64,000 bases of DNA from the human T2T-CHM13v2.0 reference genome, Homo sapiens. The notes beneath the pieces are model-generated. The model did not search any database. It was not told where the DNA came from and saw nothing but the letters and a program-made list of their open reading frames with translations. How positions within the stretch are numbered: position 1 is the first letter of the stretch; every line of letters begins with the position of its first letter. Location of the stretch: assembly GCF_009914755.1 (NCBI RefSeq), contig NC_060929.1. One strand, given 5' to 3'. Below, one piece after another: positions 47,922 through 64,000 of this stretch. A program made the position numbers and the translations under genes.

Positions 47922-48281
47922 TTCTAGACCTGTCCCTCTCCTCCCCACCCCACACATCCTGGAAGCTTCTTGGGTCTTCCTCTCTTCCCTTCCTTCTACC
48001 ACCTGAGCTCAGGTCCCGTCATCTCTGACCTGGATGGACTATGGCACCTCCTGGCACGCCTTCCTTTGCTTTAAGCTGCTGAGGGCTGTTCCGCGGTAGG
48101 CGTCACTTATCCAGTGGCGTTTCCCTGCAGCCTGCAGGGTCCAAGCCTCTCCTCAGCGCAGATGCTGTGCATGGATGGGGCGGGAGGATGTTCACAGAAG
48201 CGCCATGGAGGGACAGCCAAGATCAAAGCCAGGAAGTGGGCTCCATCAGGGGCTGTCCTATCAATCCCGGGGGCTCATTCA

Positions 48282-48507
<226 letters not shown>

Positions 48508-48708
48508 CAGCAGATCACAGATTTTCACAGTGTGGACTAAAACCACTTGCTAAAATATACGTTTTAGCCCCAACCCCGGAGATTCTGATTCTGTGTTCCT
48601 GGGGGAGCCATCAGTTTAAAAGAAAAAAACAAAACAAGCAAAAGCTAAGCAGGAGCTGCAGACACCCACCCGAGTCTGAGCCTGGCTGCGCTTCCCCACC
48701 GATGCCAA

Positions 48709-48727
48709 TGGCACCACCTGGTGGTCA
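48709..48727 (-). promoter_or_regulatory. Candidate CTCF site
   Basis: Minus strand TGACCACCAGGTGGTGCCA versus consensus TGGCCACCAGGGGGCGCTA; motif match only. Confidence 0.5.
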
Positions 48728-49711
48728 TCATGTACATTACACCACCTTCCTGGAGGGGCGTCCTTGCACATGGTATAGGGTCGCTGCACACAGCATCTCT
48801 TCTAATTTTCCCAACTCTGCAAGAGAGATCCTCATCCCCGTTTCACTGATGGAGAAGCCGAGACTCAAAGAGGAGAGGTGACGTCTCTAAAACCCCACTT
48901 GTGGGAAGCGGAAGAGTCTGAACCCTAGCCCTGTTGTCTGTGCAATGGCTTGTAAATCTGGCTGGTAGTCAAAATCATCCGGGGAGCCTTTTTAAACTGG
49001 AGGTGCAGCCTTCAGCATCACCCCTTTGCATGCAGCTCCTTGCCCTCCCACGTGAGGAAAAGCTCGAAATCGCCAAAGGCGGGAAGACACTCGCCACCCA
49101 GGACAAAGTGTAGGGGACTGGGGTCTCAGGGAAAAGGCTGGGGCTATGGGGCACCTGAAGCTCAGGGAAGCTTCTGTTTATTAACCAGATATTTCAGCAT
49201 TTTAACAACTGGTGTGTGTGTGTATGACTGTGTCACATACACACACAAAATCTTACAAGTGTGGGAATAGAAGAGGGAATAACAGCAACACAACCTTGGA
49301 AAATCTTGGAAGCTGGAAAGCAGATACTCGAGTGGAAACTGACTTAGCAGTGTGCCTTGGTTGAGTGCCTACTGTTTTCTCAAAATACCGTTCAAATGAC
49401 AGTAAAGGAATACAGGCCCGTGGGTCCCTAACACAAAGAAAAGGGGACCCTGATAGTTAACTGATAGTTAGGTTTCTGCAAAGAAGTGGAAAGTGGGTGA
49501 GTCATGGCTGGCAGCACCCCCTGGGGTCCTTAAGGCCACCCAGCCAGGGGCAGTTCAGGCACCCTCCCAGCTGCCTGGCTGGGACTGGCAGTGCCAGGCT
49601 GGCCAGAGCTAGGAGAAGTGTGTCTGCCCGGTACACTCATGGTCTTGAGGGACAGAGTCAGCGCTGTGGTGATGGCTGTCAGTCGTCAAGTCCTGCCCCC
49701 AATATCCCAGT

Positions 49712-49875
49712 AGTTTCTTTCACGGAAATGTGACTGGAAGCACGAGAGCCACTCGACACTTGAGGAAACGCAGCTTCCTGAAAGGAAAAGACCAAGAAGA
49801 AGAGACCCAAACCATTCCCACAAACGCAAGGGAAATTCTGGGAACGGAAAGGAAATTGCAAAGGGAAACTGAAGT
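49712..49875. promoter_or_regulatory. Candidate enhancer: STAT/NF-kB/ETS-IRF motif cluster
   Basis: TTCACGGAA 49719, GGGAAATTCT 49830, TTCTGGGAA 49836, GGAACGGAAA 49841, GGAAACTGAA 49864; motif match only. Confidence 0.35.
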
Positions 49876-50119
49876 TAGAATTATCAGAGATTTCAGGTGA
49901 GATTGCATATTTTCTCCTCATCTGAAAGATAGCTGCAACTTGCTTTTTTCCCTCTCAATGTCGCTTCTGAAATTTCTTCATCAAACATAAATCAAAGCAA
50001 CCAGTGAATCTGTCCTACATTCCTTTGTATGTACGTACCACAATTCATCAAATGACACGTAAGGTGATTCTGGGGACTGAGTTTTCTGGTTTTGTTTGCA
50101 ATTACAAATGGTGCTTAAT

Positions 50120-50480
50120 AGCACTGTGACCTTGGAAAATTACTTTTAACTTTACCTGGCTTCTGTTTACAGATGCTTATTTGGAAAATGAGGATAACAG
50201 TAGGAGAACCTACCACACAGGTTTGTGATGAGGATTAAATGATTCATAAATGTAAGCCTTTAGAATAGTGCAGTGGTTCTCAGTTGGGCCTGATTTTATA
50301 CCCAGAGGACAGCTGGCAATGTCTGGAGACATTTTTGTTGAAATGACTGGTGGGTAGAAGCCAGGGAGGTTGCTAAGCCTCCTGCAATGCCCAGGACATC
50401 CCCTGAGAGAACTGCCCAGCCGGTTGAGAAACCCCAGAACAATGCATGGCACAAAATGTGAACTCAATCAATATTCGTTA
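50120..50480 (+). mobile_element. MIR containing a MER20 (hAT) insertion at ~50271-50434
   Basis: CTGTGACCTTGGAAAATTACTT..GTGATGAGGATTAAATGA (MIR); CAGTGGTTCTCA..TGGCAATGTCTGGAGACATTTTTG..GGTTGAGAAACCC (MER20). Confidence 0.75.
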
Positions 50481-50559
50481 TTTTTTAAGAGCTGCAGTGA
50501 AAATTATTTTCCTTATCATCGATGTACAAGTGTGAGAGTGTCTCACAGAAACTATCACT

Positions 50560-53340
<2,781 letters not shown>

Positions 53341-53509
53341 GCACAAAGAAATTATTTTTATTAATTGTTATTACTATATTATTATAGTTTTCAGAAGTTT
53401 AATTATGATGTGTCTTGGTGTGGATTTCTTTGAAGAAAGAATCCCAGAGTGCTGGGATTACAGATGTGAGCCACCATGCCCAGCTGTTTTTTTCTGTTGT
53501 TGTTTGTTT

Positions 53510-56400
<2,891 letters not shown>

Positions 56401-56406
56401 AGTCTT

Positions 56407-58578
<2,172 letters not shown>

Positions 58579-59218
58579 TTACTTGGTTGCTTTTGTGTTC
58601 TGCTTGTCATCCAGTTTCACAATTTAACGAATCTGAGGCCATTTTTGAAATAATCCGCTTGGTTTGGAAGCCAACACCCTCAGTCCACTTTTGGCCAGCA
58701 AGCTCTCAGTCTCTGCATGGCAGAGCATCAGCCTTGTCTTCTGCCACACATGCACCACTCGATTCTGGTGGCAGCAGCCTACAGTACTGTGCCGTCTCTG
58801 CTCCACAAGATGCTCGGGACCCCACCAGCCTTCCTGCAGCTCCCATTCTTACTCTGACCTCATGGCCCTCATTCTCATGGTCCCAGATGCAAACTCCCTG
58901 CTCCAGGCAGCAGGATGGAAGACAGGCTCAGGAGGAGGCGGCAATAGGTGCGGCCTCCCTTGGGTATGGGAAGACTAGGTTCTACTCATTGGAAGAAGTG
59001 TGAATGTGGATATCTGGCCATCAGATATTTGGACTGTGTCAGAAACGTTTGTCTGTTCAACAAAATTCATGCCCTCTCTTCCACTGTACAGATTTATTGC
59101 CGGAAGCAGGTGCTCAGACAGAATTGAGCAAGTGATTTCCAGGCTTGTGGAAATCTTCCCAAATCTTTGCTTTTGGTGGGAAGGTATGACTGGTTCTTGC
59201 GAATGGGCCAGGAGATGA

Positions 59219-59716
<498 letters not shown>

Positions 59717-59719
59717 GCG

Positions 59720-60900
59720 CTTGAGCTTTCTTATTCTCTCTTCCCTCTTTACCAGCTGGATACAGAGGGCTCTGAAGCCTAGGGCAGGGGTTCCCCAGGT
59801 TTTTTTTTTATGCCGTGACCCCTCCTGGAAGTCTGATGAAGCCCACGGACCTCCACTCAGAATAATGATTTTAAAAACACAAAGTAAAATACACAGGATG
59901 GCAAAGGGAACTAGTTATATTGAAATAGTTACGAAACTATTTCAAGTATTATAACAATATTTGTGCATATAATAGCATATTAAATAATAAAATCTTTTGG
60001 TAGATCTAATATCTCTCACATTTAAGTAGCAAATGACTGAAAATGATTTTTTTTTTTGAGATGGAGTCTCCCGCTGTTGCCAGGCAGTGCAGTGGCATGA
60101 TCTTGGCTCACTGCAATCTCCGCCTCATGGGTTCAACCTCCTGCCTCAGCCTCCAGAGTAGCTGGGATTACAGGCATCTGCCACCACACCCAGCTAATTT
60201 TTGTATTTTTGGTAGAGAGAGGGTTTCCCCATGTTGGCCAGGATGGTCTCGATCTCCTGACCTCAGGTGATCCGCCCGCCTCGGCCTCCCAAAGTGCTGG
60301 GATTTCAGGCGTGAGCCACCGCACCTGGCCCATATTTCAGGATACCCCAACACTTTTTTAGGTTTATGAAAATGTTTTAGAGCTAGAGAGAGGCAGTGGT
60401 TGCACGCCATTGTGAGTGTACTAAGTAGTACCGAATTGTATACTTTAAAATGGTTCATTTTATATCATGTGAATTTCATCTCAAAAAAGGAACTGGGGGT
60501 GGGGAGATCTCCCCACAGCTGTGATAGGGTACAACAGTATCCGGCTGGGGCTTCTACTGGTGATGGTCATGGGGATCGCTCATTCCATTGGGATCTGTTA
60601 CCTACGCTCAAAATGACAGTGCTAAATTTCTACCCAATTGAGTTCACAGGTCCCTTTGCCTGAATTCTATCCACAGATTCCTTGGTGGTCCACAGACCCT
60701 GGAGTAAGAATCTCTGCCCTAGGGGATGACAGGACTGTAAGAGGAAGGGACCTGGGTCCCTGAATCACACGGGGGAAGTCACCTGCTGAATCAGAACGCC
60801 TCAACAGCTAGCTAGCCAAGAAATAAACGGAGAGCGTGGCAACCCACAGATTTTGTTTGTATTTGTTTATTAGAGCAGCTAGCATTACCCTGAGCCAACA
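59720..60900 (+). mobile_element. Old MLT1 (J/K-like) LTR hosting MER119
   Basis: GACCTGGGTCCCTGAATCAC..AGAAATAAAC..GCAGCTAGCATTACCCTGA. Confidence 0.55.
59785..60716. mobile_element. MER119-like (hAT-Charlie) fossil with an internal Alu (~60047-60330, -) and L1 piece
   Basis: CAGGGGTTC..GTCTGATGAAGCCCACGGACC..CTCAGAATAATG..AAAATACACAGGAT; ends TAAGAATCTCTG; 8-bp TSD GCCTAGGG/CCCTAGGG. Confidence 0.75.
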
Positions 60901-61338
60901 AATTCCCATTTCTGCTTAAATCACTTTAAATCAGTTTCTACTGTAGAAACTGAATGAGTCCTAATAAATTCAGACAGTGGCCTGTGAATCAAGTTATGCA
61001 CGAAGAAACTTGGGACTCCTGTCCCGGGGCTCCCAGATAAAACCCTGTGGCCCCCTCCATCTCTGGGAGGACCCACATCCTCTGCATCTCTTCAGATTTT
61101 TGCCTTCAGCTCTGCTGATGTTCCTCTTGGAGACCCCGCATGGGGGTTCTGGACTAACCCACTGCCTGCAGAGGCAGGGGAGTGGATGTGAGGCCACCAG
61201 TTCAGTGCACAATACCCCTTCGGGTATCCTGGAGACAAACGCCACTCCTCAGCTGGCATGTTGTGGCATCCTGGGACAGTCAGGTCAGTTTTTGGAAACT
61301 TAATAAGCATTGTGTTAATCTGGAAGGAACAAAAGTCA

Positions 61339-62010
<672 letters not shown>

Positions 62011-62703
62011 CTAGGTCAGCCTCCTGCTCTCCGGCCAATACGTCATATCCCATAATAAGCAGCAGGGCAACTCAAAATGTTTTTCTCCCAGGGGAGTATC
62101 AGTGATTAATCTGCCAGCAGGCGTTGGCATCTTGGGGCATCTCCCTGGAACTCCACCCTGGCCAGGCACTGCAGCCAAACAGACCCACCCTTCAGCAGCT
62201 CAGACCCAAGCTCGGTGGTGCCCCAGCGCCCCCTGCCTCTCACACCACACACCCGACCATCAGAAACTCCCAGGGGGAGTACAATCAATACAATGCAGAC
62301 TGTCTAAACAGCCTAGAGCTTTGTTTGGTTCTTTTTTCCCCCCGATTGACAATCGGACCCACTGGTTTAAATTTAGAGGTTAATTCATCTGAAACGGTGT
62401 CTAGTAGTTGAAGAAAGACATACAGAGCATATTATTTGAAATGTGCTTAACGTGCTGTTTAAAAACAAATTTGTCCTGTTTCTAGGCCTTTTAGACACCA
62501 GTATTAAGCCTTAAGTCAAACAGCCCTAAAGGCTGCCTGTATCTGGACTTCTCGTCACAGGAGTCAGTAAGGGCGCCGGGTTTGTTATTCAAGGTCAGCA
62601 CATGGTAATCTATCAGTTCAAATGCTTGTCTCTGGGGAGTGTGGCTGGAATAGGGATAGGGATGAGATATTCACTTCCTTTTTCATGCCTTTCTGCTTTT
62701 TAA

Positions 62704-63040
<337 letters not shown>

Positions 63041-63348
63041 AAAAAGCATCAGTATAGTTTTGATGTTGTGTTAAAGAATAAGGAAAAAGAAGTTAAAAGA
63101 GAGACAGAAAACAAAACGCAAAACCAGAAACAAAACCAAATGAGCTGCCTTTTCCCCTTCCCAGCAATTCTCTAAGGTAAGTCTTTGGGAGTGCATCTGA
63201 ACTCTGCATGGGAAGCTCTGTCTCCTGCATTCTGAGGCCTCGAGGCACCTTCTTGACTCCACATACTGAGTGTGAGGCCAGGAAGAGACAAGTGCCGAAG
63301 GAAGCAGCTGGCAGGAGGCCTGTTGCATGAAGGTGGAGGCTTGATGGA

Positions 63349-64000
63349 ACGTGGACCTCGGGCCTCTGCCTCTTTCTTCCTTGCTGCTTCTACGTGGACC
63401 TCGGGCCTCTGCCTCTTTCTTCCTTGCTGCTTCTACGTGGACCTCGGGCCTCTGCCTTTCTTCCTTGCTGCTTCTACGTGGACCTCGGGCCTCTGCCTCT
63501 TTCTTCCTTGCTGCTTCTACGTGGACCTCAGGCCTCTGCCTTTCTTCCTTGCTGCTTCTACGTGGACCTCGGGCCTCTGCCTCTTTCTTCCTTGCTGCTT
63601 CTACGTGGACCTCGGGCCTCCGCGCCTTTCTTCCTTGCTGCTTCTACGTGGACCTCGGGCCTCTGCCTCTTTCTTCCTTGCTGCTTCTACGTGGACCTCG
63701 GGCCTCCGCGCCTTTCTTCCTTGCTGCTTCTACGTGGACCTCGGGCCTCTGCCTCTTTCTTCCTTGCTGCTTCTACGTGGACCTCGGGCCTCTGCCTTTC
63801 TTCCTTGCTGCTTCTACGTGGACCTCGGGCCTCTGCCTCTTTCTTCCTTGCTGCTTCTACGTGGACCTCGGGCCTCTGCCTCTTTCTTCCTTGCTGCTTC
63901 TACGTGGACCTCGGGCCTCTGCCTCTTTCTTCCTTGCTGCTTCTACGTGGACCTCGGGCCTCTGCCTCTTTCTTCCTTGCTGCTTCTACGTGGACCTCGG
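63349..64000. repeat. 43/41-bp minisatellite (VNTR-like), 15 complete units plus a partial, running off the window
   Basis: Unit ACGTGGACCTCGGGCCTCTGCCTCTTTCTTCCTTGCTGCTTCT with a 41-bp variant and a CCGCGCC variant. Confidence 0.98.

Noticed and set aside
62036-62060. CCAAT / ACGTCA / TATA-like promoter arrangement
   Set aside because: Weak matches with atypically tight spacing, as expected by chance.
62342-62356. Palindrome CCGATTG-A-CAATCGG
   Set aside because: A 7-bp-arm inverted repeat is expected several times in 64 kb.

Overview
Primate (human-like) genomic DNA, very repeat-dense. It holds roughly 60 Alu/FLAM/FRAM pieces, many ancient L1M fragments and one 2.9-kb 5'-truncated L1PA. 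There are six co-oriented solo ERV LTRs (four LTR12/ERV9, one MER51, one LTR47/LTR26-like), several MaLR LTRs, hAT DNA-transposon fossils (MER5, MER20, MER119), a U6 snRNA retro-pseudogene and three minisatellites. I cannot support any protein-coding gene: the listed ORFs are Alu-, L1- or LTR-derived, or chance ORFs in GC-rich DNA. I could not identify the locus and found no convincing new multi-gene system. The best observations are mechanistic and regulatory. (1) An L1PA carries an apparent ~170-bp 3' transduction. (2) One TSD encloses a copied Alu-(TA)n-Alu cassette. (3) An ancient L1 has twin-priming-like inverted geometry. (4) A minisatellite appears to be built from a MER5 terminus. (5) A 43-bp VNTR carries 15 TACGTG (HRE-type) motifs. 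(6) There is a co-oriented CCAAT/NF-Y LTR cluster, plus candidate CTCF and STAT/NF-kB/ETS-IRF sites. Repeat subfamily names come from recalled consensus sequences, not a search, and boundaries of old repeats are approximate.
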